DNA of 64,000 bases from an uncultured Nitrososphaeraceae archaeon (GTDB lineage: Archaea; Thermoproteota; Nitrososphaeria; Nitrososphaerales; Nitrososphaeraceae): the NCBI GenBank assembly GCA_963779615.1, contig CAVZZA010000003.1, positions 576,001 to 640,000 of the forward strand, written 5' to 3'. The position numbers were made by a program, and so were the translations under genes. Positions 32,046-43,657 of this stretch are shown here, in pieces. A model generated the notes under the pieces. It saw nothing but the letters and a program-made list of their open reading frames with translations. It ran no database searches and was not told the origin of the DNA. How positions within the stretch are numbered: the stretch's first letter is position 1; each line of letters opens with the position of its first letter.

Positions 32046-32364
32046 ACCTCAATTTCCCCATCTCCTAACCTTTTCCTTTACTCTCAATTTCCAAAGGCAA
32101 GCATATCATGTCTTGTTAATCTAATCAACAACAGGGTTTGCTCTGTCAAAGCTGTTGGCAAAAAGGGGGCTTAGATCCAAAAAGAGATCACCAAGGAGTC
32201 ATGGCATCCAACCCAGAAGATCATCATTGTTGCTTAATGAAGAGCATGGCTGCAACCAGTTCACTTAACACATTCCTATTTTTTTAGCAACAGCCGTATC
32301 ATTTTGTGACCATACCGCCCTAGTTTTAATTTACCTAAAGACATAAAACGTTCAAGTCCATGCA

Positions 32365-32568
32365 CTAGGGCAGAAACAGGGACTTCAGGGCATTTATCGT
32401 TTCGGGGTTTCTGTCAGTCAGCGTGTATTTGATACCCACAGGCTTGTTGTTGTCACTGATGTCAATAAATACTGAGCCTCCAAGGGAAATGGTGCTTACT
32501 ATTTTCTGGTCCGTCAGTTTGACATACAGGATGTTATCCTCAGGGTCGTATTCAACTATTGAATCCAA
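32365..32568 (-). CDS. DUF2283-like small protein
   Basis: YDPEDNILYVKL...VFID...PVGI. Confidence 0.7.
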   Translation of the reverse strand: MDSIVEYDPEDNILYVKLTDQKIVSTISLGGSVFIDISDNNKPVGIKYTLTDRNPETINALKSLFLP

Positions 32569-32771
32569 GTCCGTGCCCCCTCTTGTCTGTTCTTGTTACT
32601 GTTGCTGTTTTCATGGCGTTAATGCAATTATTAAACAGCATAAGCAGGTATTTAGGTTCTTTATCAACAACTTTTAGTCCATACGAAAGGGAGAACTAGT
32701 AGGCATTTGCAGCATCTTTTAAGTTTTTTTTAAAAAAATTGGGGGAACTGCCACCCCCTATAATGGTTTGC

Positions 32772-34268
32772 TCAAGCTGCGGCAGCAGTATGCGTTGTTT
32801 TTCTTTTTAGCACCAATGCAAATCCAAGGGACACTGCCGAAAGCAATCCAGCGGTAAGAAACACCATATCGTATGATTGTGCTGATGGATATGATCCCTG
32901 GGTTCCAACATTCTGATGATCAGCCATGTACACTCCTGCCAGTGCCGGACCTATCGCCATGCCTACAAACAGCAACAGTGCACCAACTCCCACCGATATG
33001 CCGGTAAACTCTTTTGGTGAGGATGACACTATCATGTTCCAGATTGTGGTCATTGTGAGCGACAGGCCCGTGGCGATTATGGCCAAGTTTACAGAGACTG
33101 TGGACTCCGTTGCATGGAACATCAACAACCCAAATGTTCCAAACAGGCTAATGACTCCACCAATGATCGCAGGTTTTATGCTGCCTATTTTGTTTATGAT
33201 AAATGGGGTAATGCTTGCGAACACCAGGAAACTTATCATAAATGGCAGCTGGACATTTGCGGCATCCACTGAATTACCCCCAAATCCCAATGGAGTTGGA
33301 CTCCTGACGAGCTGGACTATTGTTGGATAGATCATGAACATCGCAATTCCGGTGGCAATCAGCAGGATGTAGGATGGCAGTAGGATCTTGTCTCGCAACA
33401 GTCTCAAGTCAACGAACGGAGGCACAGCCTTTCTTTCTATCGCAACAAACACAGTTAACGAAATTGCGGATATTGTGAATGCTCCGGCAATTTGCGATAT
33501 GTTTTCAGTGCTTGCGCCGATTTGAACAAGCGTAAGGGCAACGAGAAATGAGGTTATTGTGGCAGAAAGGGCAAGTATACCCTTGATGTCTATAGAAAAC
33601 GGCTCCCTCTTCTTGCCTGACACACCTCCCCGAGCCTTGGAATCACTGGATCGGTTTGGTACTTTGTGCTCCTTCACGAACCTTGCAATCAATAATGTTA
33701 CCAATATAGAGAAAGGCACTATGGCAAGGAAGGTTGCGTGCCAGCCAAAGGCTTGGATGATGCTGGCTCCAACCAACAGGCCGACCACTGAGCCAGCAGA
33801 ATACGCCGAGCCAAATACCCCCACAGCTATGGAAAGTTTGGAGGGTGGAAATGTGTCCCTAAGAAGGCTAAACGCAGCCGGGACCGCCGCCAGGCCAACA
33901 CCCTGAACAACCCTTGAAATGAGCAGGAAAGTTATGTTGTCTGCAAATCCGCCAGCAGTCAGCCCCGCTATGTATATCACAAGCAACGATAGTAACACTT
34001 TCTTTTTCCCAAACAGGTCAGAAAGCCTGCCGGCAATTGGGGTCATCACCGCAGCCACAATCAAGTAGGCACTGAATATCCATGCAGCCGTTCCGTAGGA
34101 TATGCTAAATTCGCCTATAATCTCAGGTAGCGCGGGCAAGAGCATGGTTTCTGAGAAAAAAACTGTCAATAGGGTACCGCTGAGTATTGCCAGAGTGAGC
34201 CACGCATGGCGACTGACAACCGCTGTTTCGCTGATCACATTGTTTCCTTCACGCCGATTTTTGTTCAT
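32772..34268 (-). CDS. MFS transporter (DHA2-like, ~14 TMS)
   Basis: GRLSDLFGKK motif A, RVVQGVG, FGWHATF, PFVDLRL. Confidence 0.92.
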   Translation of the reverse strand: MNKNRREGNNVISETAVVSRHAWLTLAILSGTLLTVFFSETMLLPALPEIIGEFSISYGTAAWIFSAYLIVAAVMTPIAGRLSDLFGKKKVLLSLLVIYIAGLTAGGFADNITFLLISRVVQGVGLAAVPAAFSLLRDTFPPSKLSIAVGVFGSAYSAGSVVGLLVGASIIQAFGWHATFLAIVPFSILVTLLIARFVKEHKVPNRSSDSKARGGVSGKKREPFSIDIKGILALSATITSFLVALTLVQIGASTENISQIAGAFTISAISLTVFVAIERKAVPPFVDLRLLRDKILLPSYILLIATGIAMFMIYPTIVQLVRSPTPLGFGGNSVDAANVQLPFMISFLVFASITPFIINKIGSIKPAIIGGVISLFGTFGLLMFHATESTVSVNLAIIATGLSLTMTTIWNMIVSSSPKEFTGISVGVGALLLFVGMAIGPALAGVYMADHQNVGTQGSYPSAQSYDMVFLTAGLLSAVSLGFALVLKRKTTHTAAAA

Positions 34269-34339
34269 ATTTACTTACCTTATCTCATTTAGTATAATAA
34301 TGTTAGTATATAAGTTAGCAAGTGGCAATGTGGTAAGTG
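34269..34339 (-). promoter_or_regulatory. MFS promoter with ACTTAC boxes and a TTATATA TATA-like box
   Basis: Aligns ungapped (48/71 by my count) with 35068-35138, start codons in register. Confidence 0.65.
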
Positions 34340-34591
34340 CGTAAATGAAAGTTAACTGTTCTCCATAAAGACATCGAGAAAGACAACAGCCACAGAAAGG
34401 TGTTCTGTTGACATCCTTGTTCGCAAAAACCCTTTGGAGTTTTTTATGAAGACACTGATTGCCGCAAAATTCTGTTGCGGGTGGTCAAATCCAGGTGTTG
34501 AAGGTTAATTGGATAATGACAGCATCGGTTAACAATAATAAAAACCAAAATGAAAAATAATCATCAATCCGGTTGCCAAAACATTCCCATA

Positions 34592-35050
34592 CTACATGTA
34601 TTTTTTAATGGATTTGGCAGTTATTCTGTCAATTTTGGCCGGATCGGGGTTGTCAAATACTTGGTCTCCGCAATACTTGACGGAAAACAACGCCATTTGC
34701 TCCAAAATCGGCTGTAACTCTTTGCCCTTTTGGGTAAGGTAATACTCTATCCTGACTGGAGTCTCGTTGTACACCTGACGCCTTATGATTCCGTCATTCT
34801 CCATTTCCTTCAGCCGTATTGACAGGGTTTTGGGGTTTATCTCCTCTATGGAATTCAAGAACTCGTTAAACCGCTTCTGCTTAACGTAAATCATATTGCG
34901 CAATATCAAAAGGGAAAACTTTTTGCCAATTATGTTAAAGGTGTTAAAAACTGGGCAGCATTTGCACAGCATCCCCTCTATCACATGTTGCTGCTGTTTG
35001 GAATTTTCCCTTTTTTCCTGATGCTGCTCATATGACTCGTGTTCCATCAA
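34592..35050 (-). CDS. HxlR-family winged-helix transcriptional regulator
   Basis: CPV..IGKKF, KRFNEF, PKTLSIRLKEME, PVRIEYYLTQKG. Confidence 0.92.
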   Translation of the reverse strand: MMEHESYEQHQEKRENSKQQQHVIEGMLCKCCPVFNTFNIIGKKFSLLILRNMIYVKQKRFNEFLNSIEEINPKTLSIRLKEMENDGIIRRQVYNETPVRIEYYLTQKGKELQPILEQMALFSVKYCGDQVFDNPDPAKIDRITAKSIKKYM

Positions 35051-35067
35051 CTTAACATCTCTCCATC

Positions 35068-35138
35068 TACTTACAGATTAATCACTTACCAATTTATATA
35101 CTTACCTTATTATATTTAATAACACAAAGTGATTTAAA
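35068..35138 (+). promoter_or_regulatory. Promoter of the Cys-rich protein with three ACTTAC boxes around a TATA box
   Basis: Homologous to 34269-34339 on the opposite strand. Confidence 0.65.
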
Positions 35139-35546
35139 ATGGTAGAAAACCAATGTGACTCAACCTGTGCGGCTCCCAATCGCATAGGGGAACCTGCAAC
35201 CCACAATCAGAGTTGCTCAAACACATGCGGATGTGGATGCCAAAAAACAACATCTGGTGATTGCGATGGCTGCTCTTCTTGTTGTGAAGCAGATCCGATT
35301 GAAAAAGCAAAACAGCTATTGGAAAGCTCATTCTTTGCGGCGCTGAAGGAGGTTCACGTCGAAAAAATTAAGAAAATAATTGAAAGGGATTGGGGAGACA
35401 CCATAGACAAGACAGCTGAACTGGCTGTCAAAACAATTGAAAAGCAATGGCAGGCATCTGTATCAGCATCAAATACAAAGAAAGAGTTCTATGATGAACT
35501 GGGGAGGATTATGGCATCTAAGGGTAACAATGGAAAGCAGGCATAG
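35139..35546 (+). CDS. Cys-rich (metallothionein-like N-terminus) helical protein
   Basis: 10 Cys in the first ~50 aa (CGCGC, CxxCxxCC) followed by a helical domain. Confidence 0.7.
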   Translation: MVENQCDSTCAAPNRIGEPATHNQSCSNTCGCGCQKTTSGDCDGCSSCCEADPIEKAKQLLESSFFAALKEVHVEKIKKIIERDWGDTIDKTAELAVKTIEKQWQASVSASNTKKEFYDELGRIMASKGNNGKQA

Positions 35547-35577
35547 AATATTATTTCAACCCCTTTTTTTATGCCGT

Positions 35578-36234
35578 TCACCTTGTTTCTGAAGGTTGTT
35601 TTTGTGTTTTCATGCATTCTTCCGTCTGCAGTATTATTATTATGGGTGTTGTCAGCAGGGAGGAACTTGGGGCACGTACAATGTTGCCATCTTTCATCAA
35701 AAGATCACAGTTTAGCAACCCTATGTCATGGACTTTACCGGTGTTCCCAAAGACAGTGATCATGTCCCCTATCTTGAATGGCCTGGTTAACGCTATGTAC
35801 ATTCCCGCCACCATGTTTCCCAGCAGGTTCTGTGAAGCAAAACCAATGACCAAAGCGGACATGGCGCCAATTGATGCCGCCACGGCGGCATTTTGACTAA
35901 GGTAGGACACCACAACAACAGCAACCACAATGGCTCCTGTGATCCTGGTAATGCTCCTTATGGATTTGGCGGTCCGATCAGAGTGTTGCGTGGCTAATGC
36001 TATCCTGAAGGCTGTTTTGGCCGTTATTTCAGCAACCAAATAACCCACAACACATACCTGAATGATTTGAGAATAAACCAGATATTGGGCGGGAACCAGC
36101 CAAGCACTGATACCCAGGGTCATTGCAAGCACCATTCCCAAAAAAAATATTTTACTAACAACCGATCGTTTGGTGAGTTTTATGGTTTGGTTGTTTTCGA
36201 CTTTGTCAGATTCAAGCATCTTGTTTCCTTCCAA
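35578..36234 (-). CDS. MscS-family mechanosensitive channel
   Basis: IGFASQNLLGNMVAG..RPFKIGD.I...GKVHDIG. Confidence 0.88.
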   Translation of the reverse strand: MEGNKMLESDKVENNQTIKLTKRSVVSKIFFLGMVLAMTLGISAWLVPAQYLVYSQIIQVCVVGYLVAEITAKTAFRIALATQHSDRTAKSIRSITRITGAIVVAVVVVSYLSQNAAVAASIGAMSALVIGFASQNLLGNMVAGMYIALTRPFKIGDMITVFGNTGKVHDIGLLNCDLLMKDGNIVRAPSSSLLTTPIIIILQTEECMKTQKQPSETR

Positions 36235-36845
36235 GTTTATTGTTATTCATTTATACAGAGATAACTGTATACCCTAATTCCAGATACCGAAATGCATGTG
36301 CATACCACAGTGAAGATGACAATCTAGGCCCATTTTTGGACTGGTTTGGTTTGGTTTGATTTTAACCCAACCGGCAGAGATTTTGAAGCCAGTTTTTACT
36401 TTAGTTTGCATCCCTCCAACAACAAAAAAGCCCGCGAAAATGATTTTGCATTAGCATTTCACCCTGTTTTTAACATGTAAGGTTCTTTTGGCAGCCAGAC
36501 TGGAAACAGTTGCCTCTGTTTTTGAGCTAGTGTGTTTCAGCCAAACTTTCAAAGCCGGAACAGGTGATGCACACGTTTAGGAAGCATCAAAGGAAATTTA
36601 TACATGCTTTAATCACGGTCATGCTACTTATTTTCGCAAATATTTCCAACATAAAATATGCCAAGACCCGCTCAGTCCGTAGAACGGCATTTGGTAACAA
36701 TACCCCCGCGCGTTTTTGTGCCTATTTTGATAAAATGGTTGACCATCAAACCCATAAAATTTGGATTGGAAATGGCATAAAAGTTGACTATATGGTTGAC
36801 CATAAAAGCAACAGAATGAAAACAATACACACAGAAAGGCACCAT

Positions 36846-37355
36846 ATGGAAAAATCGCTTAAATATAACCCCATCAACCCAAAGACAGTGAACAGAAAAT
36901 TATTTCTTTTACCAGCATTAGCAGCAGCAATTGTGTTTTTTTCATTTGGAGCAGCAGGCAGCGGCAGCGGCAGTCTGCCAAAATCAGACATAGCATCAGT
37001 TTACGCGCAAGCAGACAGCAGCAACAACAATAGCACCAATAAACAGGCAACGAACCTGGATCAACTGGCATCAAACTTAACCCAGGCAAGGGAGGCAATA
37101 TCCGCAGGCAACTCCACTGAAGCGACTGCTCAACTGACAAGCGTCATAGGCGAACTTTCGGACACGATAGCAAGGATCACATCCGATCAGAACGGGCAAT
37201 ATCAGGACGAACATACTCACGTCTTTACCCATAAAGACCACACCCATACTGTCACTCACAAGCATCCACACAACAGCAATGACCACCATCAAGACTGGAC
37301 CGACCGCCACCACATATTCAATCCAAGCCACTGCCCACCGGGAAGAATGTGTTAG
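36846..37355 (+). CDS. Secreted protein with His-rich C-terminus
   Basis: Signal-like segment; HTHVFTHKDHTHTVTHKHPH and terminal CPPGRMC; start chosen at MEKSLK. Confidence 0.65.
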   Translation: MEKSLKYNPINPKTVNRKLFLLPALAAAIVFFSFGAAGSGSGSLPKSDIASVYAQADSSNNNSTNKQATNLDQLASNLTQAREAISAGNSTEATAQLTSVIGELSDTIARITSDQNGQYQDEHTHVFTHKDHTHTVTHKHPHNSNDHHQDWTDRHHIFNPSHCPPGRMC

Positions 37356-37923
37356 CATGGAAAGTAACTAAGCAAAAAAAAAACAACTCTTCTTTTTATT
37401 TAATAGTCCTTTTTTAGGATACCATTATAATAACATGATCCTAAACCAATGTTCAACTGTTAACCAGAGAAACAGTTGATAATTATTTGCTGAGACGGTT
37501 TCGCATTAGATTTAGTTACCGTAAAAATATTTGATTAGTGGCCTCGAGTTTTCATAACTATTGTAAATAATACGATATGAAGTTTAACTATAACAAAGAT
37601 TGAATGAAAAAGAAATAATCGCTAAATGTCTTCAATTTATAGCAATGTAAGTTATTGTATTGAGTTACCAATATCTTAATAAGGCGTGACGATAAGGATA
37701 TCATGATAAAACTTATCGATAAAAACCATAATTACAAAGGGCAACTTTACAAGGTATCAAAAACAACCCCCTTAAGGAAAATCACACATGATGTTGTTTG
37801 CATTGCGCCAACAAATGCAGCTATAACAAGCAGGAATTTAACCACACCTTTGTCAAGGGTAATTAATTCACATACACAAAATATAACGCATTAGGGAGAG
37901 GAGAGCAGAGGAGGTATTACGAT

Positions 37924-39471
37924 TTGAACATATCAAACACATCATCTATTAAAAACGATGACCAAACCCAAAGAGCACTAATTTTTCAGGGTGGTGGGGC
38001 CCTTGGAGCCTACGAGGCTGGCGTGTTTAGGGCTCTGTATGACAAGTTGTATGACAGATCCAAAAGAGAAGACAAACAGCTGTTTGACATAGTTGCAGGA
38101 ACGTCTGCAGGAGCAATAAACGCCACCCTATTGGTAAACTATGTTAAGCAAAACGGAACTTGGGAAGGCTCGCCGAATGCACTATACCGATTTTGGAATG
38201 ATGTCTCCACACCCACATGGCATCTAGAAAATCCATTCATACAATTTTGGCAAGATGCTGCTTCCTTTTTTAGAGAACAAGCCAATAACATGTGGAAACC
38301 ATTTTTCAGGGAATTTGACAAGAATACTGACAACATAAGGGAAAAATGGCCCCTAAGGCCTGGCTATTATTTATGGCCGGACAAGTATGGCAATTTGGCT
38401 ACTGGTGAATCCGCCAGAAGGTATTGGTCATGGTATCAATTTGCGTACCTGCCATGGGGAACCAAAAACGTGTTGGCCCCTGTAATGGTCCAGCCGGACC
38501 TCACATTCTACAATCCATTAAATTTTTTGCTTAAGTATGATAACACACCAATAACCCAAACAATAGGCAAACACTGGCGGGACGAAAATGGCAAAATAAA
38601 CCCGATAAAGACAGAGGAAGGGCAACCAAGACTAATTTTAGTTGCTGTGGATGTGCAGGATGCCACTACTGTTGCATTTGACAGTTACCCCAAAGACAAA
38701 GACAAAAAGGTACGGATGTCAACCTATGGTGATGATGACAAAGCAGAACACAAGATATACTATAACGAAGGCATAACAATGGAGCATTTACTTACTACAA
38801 TGTCCTCCCATGCAAGGCACAAGTTTCCAGAACTTGCGGTCACAACAATTGAAAAAACAACTGACAGTAAACAGGCAAAGGAAGAAGAACACAGTCGCCC
38901 CTTCATGGATGGGTTTTATCTTAGCAACACCCCAATGAGGGAGGTGTTGCAGGCACATAGGGACTATTGGATGGATGTTCAGGGGCTAGACGATGATGTT
39001 CCTCCTATTGAAATATTTATAGGCGATGTATACCCTACTACAGAAAAGGGAACTCCCGAAGATCCGGATTCTATCAACAACAGAGTGCAAAATGTGTTGT
39101 TTCACGACAAATCCAAATATGACGAAAAAGCTGCAGGCATGGTATCTGACTATATCCACATAATCAACGCTTTAATGAGGATGGCTAATGGTAAAGGTAT
39201 TTCCGATACTGAAATTTATGACAAATTAAATAATGAGTTAAAGGATAAAATAATAAGTAAAAACCGCAAAGGGGAAACTCGGAAAATTGAAAACCTAGTC
39301 AAAGGAAGAACAACAATTAAGCGAGTGCAAAGGTTTGAGTTGGGTGATGGCCAGCAGATAAACAAAAGCAATGACATTAATGGTAAAGCATTTGAGTTTT
39401 CGTCAAAGACAATAAACAATTTAATGGACCAAGGCTACAATGACACCTATTCTAAATGCAAGGTTGACTAA
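37924..39471 (+). CDS. Patatin-like phospholipase
   Basis: QGGGALGAYEAG, GTSAGAIN, MDGFYLSNTP, FEFS. Confidence 0.9.
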   Translation: MNISNTSSIKNDDQTQRALIFQGGGALGAYEAGVFRALYDKLYDRSKREDKQLFDIVAGTSAGAINATLLVNYVKQNGTWEGSPNALYRFWNDVSTPTWHLENPFIQFWQDAASFFREQANNMWKPFFREFDKNTDNIREKWPLRPGYYLWPDKYGNLATGESARRYWSWYQFAYLPWGTKNVLAPVMVQPDLTFYNPLNFLLKYDNTPITQTIGKHWRDENGKINPIKTEEGQPRLILVAVDVQDATTVAFDSYPKDKDKKVRMSTYGDDDKAEHKIYYNEGITMEHLLTTMSSHARHKFPELAVTTIEKTTDSKQAKEEEHSRPFMDGFYLSNTPMREVLQAHRDYWMDVQGLDDDVPPIEIFIGDVYPTTEKGTPEDPDSINNRVQNVLFHDKSKYDEKAAGMVSDYIHIINALMRMANGKGISDTEIYDKLNNELKDKIISKNRKGETRKIENLVKGRTTIKRVQRFELGDGQQINKSNDINGKAFEFSSKTINNLMDQGYNDTYSKCKVD

Positions 39472-40582
39472 CCATGAGTGATAGGCATTCTGTTATTTTA
39501 AATAGGGGCTCAACAGACCCATTTCCACTGTGGCGTCACAAAGAACACTTTCATGTTAGGCCCACCCAATGCCATCCTTTAGGTAACACATTTGAGGGGT
39601 TACGGTTTTTTGTCCCATTTTCGAGGTTTTCATGCGGTTGATGCAAATTAGTTGATTTGTTCTTAGGATAAACAAATAAATCAAAAGCAGCAGGCGGGAA
39701 AAGCATGCTTTTTGCAATTTTGGAAATAAACTAGGAAACATACCTTCTGTAAATAGGACGCAAAAAAATAAAAAATCGGCAAGTTTGCAGACACACCACC
39801 AAACTATTTGTCGGTGTGTGTACGTTCAATGCCAACATTTCAAACAGAGCCTTTCATTGTATGAAAAGGAAGTAGAATTTCGTTTACTCAATTGTCACAA
39901 CATTCTAATCAACATGGACTGGAAGCATACAAAACCAAGAACCAAAACTAAAAGATATAGTTTTGGTTGTTGCATGCTGTACTGGAATTGTAGCATGTTG
40001 ATTTGTAATTCATAATAGGGTTAAACCAAACCAGCAAAGACAACTGAACAGCACTATTTTGTAATTTGATTTAACTATAACAGCCAAAGGTTTGCTCCAC
40101 CTGCAGGCGAAATGGTCACTTTGTCAGCAGCAGGCTGGCGTGAACAAGCCAAACAAAAAAATTTTTCGTTAAACAGTTGGCAAGTCACCAATGGCCCATC
40201 TTTTCAGGATGTTATCCACATTACAGAAACAAAGATCATGTAGTAGCCACAAGCAAAATGGAAATCAATGCAGTGTGTTTCGAGTCCAGGCCGACAAAAG
40301 GGGGATGTAGAAAACCTAACCGATTGATTCCGATAATTCAGATTGATACCATCAGACACAGCATCAAAAGTTGTTGTCTTTATCTATTCGGACTAAATCC
40401 ATAATTTGCCATGTCCATAAAACACAGATTTAACCAATCGTTATTTCGTTAACAGCATGAATCAATGCATTTTCTTGTTTCACCAAATCATTCAATGCTC
40501 AGCTGTCTTATTCTGTGCAGGATAGGAGACATTTTATCTTTATTGGTAATATTTAAACATATTACACAATAGCGCATGATCC

Positions 40583-41076
40583 ATGAAAAAGACTGTCTTA
40601 ACCTTAACCTTAATAGCATTCTTTTGAATATTTGCAATACCGGTGTACCAAATAGAACATGTATCCGGGCAGACAGAGGAACAGGCTATCCTTATGTGGT
40701 TCAGAATACAACAAATTCCATGCAGGATCCGTTGCCAGGACATGAATCGCATCAAGTTGTAGTTGCAGCTCCACCCAGGGATGAAGGAAGGATTTATTCA
40801 GGCATAGCTTCCTTTACGGCAAGTCAACCCATCGAGGTAGTTTTACTGCACGAGTACAAGCCAGTATTCAATTCAACTTTTACAGAGGAGCCATTGGATG
40901 CATCGTTTGATAATGGTAATTTTGCAGCATCCCCAATAAAACAATTTACAGACACCCCATTTAATGCAGGATCATTTGTTTTTTCTGGTAACGCCTTGGC
41001 TTTCCACAATTTGGAAGGCAAGCCATTTGTTGTAACATATACCATAAGCGGAGAAATTGCGCCATTAACTCAGTAA
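40583..41076 (+). pseudogene. Secreted hypothetical protein (QDPLPGHESHQ type) with a broken signal-peptide region
   Basis: MKKTVLTLTLIAFF*IFAIP (TGA 40625-40627) lies in a different frame from the conserved-looking body. Confidence 0.55.
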
Positions 41077-41608
41077 CAGGTCATGACCTCAACTTTTTAT
41101 CAACCATACAAGGGGACGCTATCCTTTGTCCGATATATTTATCATATCTTCACATCTTGTTTGATAATTGTTACTATAAATAATATTTTACAATGCTGGA
41201 GTTGGCTTTCACTTTTTTTCTTATTGCTAGAATATTACTGATAATAGCTTGCATAGCCATCAAACCTTCGGATTTGCAAATGATTATTTACTCGAAAACC
41301 AAAGTCATGGAAACATTTGTGTCATGTATGGAGAATCAACATAAATCCGCATGTTGTTTTCCGGCATGTCTAATGTAATCCTCCAGAAAGAAAATCATAT
41401 TTAACAGGAAAAATTGACAGATATCTTTTAAGGATCAGGTTTGATATTGCATTTTCGGTGTTCATTAGTTATACCCCAAAAATGTCTTTGAAAAAACTTG
41501 CCAAATAAAACACGGAGTACCTTATATTTTAAAAAATGCCTTTCGCATGCCAATCTGCTTAAAAAAATGAAAGATAGGGACTCATGCTGCTTGGCAGAGG
41601 ATTTTTCC

Positions 41609-42142
41609 CTATTTTGTCTGCTGCTTGCCCATAACCTGGGACCTAATGGAGGCCAGAGACTGGTCAATCTGATACACTGCCAACTTGTCTCTGCCAAGCA
41701 GGTCAAACTTTTGGAGAATTGTCTGAAACAGTGTTTCCTCCTCTATTTGCTCGGTTATAAACCACTGCAGGAATGAGTATGTGGACCGGTCCTTTTCCCT
41801 TTCAGTCAAGTCGGCCAGATCATAAATTTCCTTGGTTACAGTCTGCTCGCTCTTTAGGCCAAACTGGAAGGCGGATTCCAGGGATTCGAAATTGCCAGGG
41901 GGTTTTTCAATTGGGGGGATTACCGCCTCTGCTCCAGCGCCATTAAGGTAATGCAGGAACTTTAGCATATGCCCATTTTCCTCTGCAGCCTGTTCAAAGA
42001 AGAAGGAGGCGCTTCCGTCATATCCGGTTCTCTCACACCACGATCCGATTGCAATGTATGCATTCGCAGATGATGCCTCAAAAGAAATTTGATCGTTAAT
42101 TGCTTTTGTCATTTCCGTTGAAATTCGCATTGTATCACTCAT
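41609..42142 (-). CDS. ftnA: Non-heme ferritin
   Basis: INDQISFE..AY, EENGHMLK, SEQTVT, FLQWFITEQIEEE ferroxidase motifs. Confidence 0.9.
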   Translation of the reverse strand: MSDTMRISTEMTKAINDQISFEASSANAYIAIGSWCERTGYDGSASFFFEQAAEENGHMLKFLHYLNGAGAEAVIPPIEKPPGNFESLESAFQFGLKSEQTVTKEIYDLADLTEREKDRSTYSFLQWFITEQIEEETLFQTILQKFDLLGRDKLAVYQIDQSLASIRSQVMGKQQTK

Positions 42143-42532
42143 GTTTTTTTAGTATCTATATCTTTTGCTTTCTGGGGCAATTGACCACACATATCTGTCT
42201 GTGCATTTAACAAGCCCAAACTCTACAGAATGAAAAACCAAAAAAATTTATAAAAAAACAATGTCACCCTCCATTTTCAAAAGAAATTACCGGACAACAC
42301 ACACATTTATCCGATTTCAATATCACAAGGATGTTTTTAAAGCGGATAATCAACAAACGTACATAAAAAAACCTTTGCTGATGCTTTTCAACATCCACAG
42401 CAGTTTTCACGAACAAAGAAATAATATCACAATCACGTTATAATCTAATAGTTAAGAACATGTAAAAAATTTATCCGTATGTATTCACATCTTGCATGAT
42501 TCAATCAAGTCACCCATTAAAACATTTTATTG

Positions 42533-42687
42533 TGAAATTACCCGCACTGTTCATTGGCAAAATCAGAAAAGGGTTGGTCAAGTTAAGTTTGGAAAGTCAA
42601 TTGTTAACAAATAACAGAATTTAAAAAGAAAAATAGAATCAAACAGTTAGCAAATTTGAGCGCAAAGTAAACCCATGATAAGAACAG
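42533..42687 (+). repeat. Dispersed intergenic repeat, uninterrupted copy
   Basis: GTCAAGTTAAxTTTGGAAAGTCAA and TTTAAAAAGAAAAATAGAATCAAACAG shared with 47441-47744. Confidence 0.75.
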
Positions 42688-42880
42688 ACGCTGTGCCTAA
42701 AGTGCGCTTTTTCTAAAGGTTTCTGTGAGCCTTTGTAATGCAGGAGATTTATCATATGGATCCAGGTGAAATATACAAAATGCAGAAAGTTTCAGTGTTC
42801 CTTTCGGCATATAGCAAAGCCTCCTCAAATTGCGCCTCTGTTTCTAAAACAAATCCTAGTTCGGGGGTCGCAACAAAATA

Positions 42881-43657
42881 TTAGTCTCCACGGCTCATTA
42901 TCAGCACCTTGTTCACTCCACGGCGAAATTCATACCTTGCCTTTTCAACCCTAAACGAAACCTTTTCTTGCATATGGCCGCTTATGCTTTCCATCAATCT
43001 GTCAAAATATTCCGGAAGATTGGAATCGGGCTTTTGAACAGGAAATATTCTCAATTCCTTGGATGTGACTCGCAGCAGCTCCAAAATCGAATCAAGGTGA
43101 AAAGAATAGTCAAGCATGTTGTGGTAATAAAAAAGAAAATTGGAACTTAACACCAAATCAAAGCTTTTGTCATCAAATGGCATTTTTGGAAGTTCTGCGT
43201 GTATGTATCCATCATTCTTTTTGTTCCCATTAACAAAATCCTGTTTTGATTCATAGTCTGAAATGAATCTTCTCAGTGAGGCGCTCCTGGCTCTACGAAG
43301 GTCTTCAACACTTGTGTAAAGGGCCCAATCATAAAAATCCGGAACCTGGGACAGCCTTTCAAGCATATATTCAAGGTCTTCTTTCCCGCGCTTTTCTAAA
43401 GCTTTTGGATTGTTGTTTCCATACAGTAAATCGCATCCAACAACTTTCCTGACTTGATGTCCGCCAGAAGCCTCTGCGACAAACGAGGAGGCACCAGAGG
43501 GGCAGTCCAATATTCTGAGATCTCTTAACTGTGATGGGTCCAGGTTGAACATCCACATGTATTCTGAAAGTGTTCTCCCTATAAAGACAACCCTATCCAG
43601 GTTAAGAACAGTGCGCTCATCCGAAATGCTTTTGTTGTTTGGTTGCCGATCTGTCAT
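42881..43657 (-). CDS. Class I SAM-dependent methyltransferase-like protein
   Basis: GRTLSEY..MF, ILDCPSGASSF, LPKMPFDDKSFDLVLSSNFLF, ELRIFP. Confidence 0.82.
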   Translation of the reverse strand: MTDRQPNNKSISDERTVLNLDRVVFIGRTLSEYMWMFNLDPSQLRDLRILDCPSGASSFVAEASGGHQVRKVVGCDLLYGNNNPKALEKRGKEDLEYMLERLSQVPDFYDWALYTSVEDLRRARSASLRRFISDYESKQDFVNGNKKNDGYIHAELPKMPFDDKSFDLVLSSNFLFYYHNMLDYSFHLDSILELLRVTSKELRIFPVQKPDSNLPEYFDRLMESISGHMQEKVSFRVEKARYEFRRGVNKVLIMSRGD

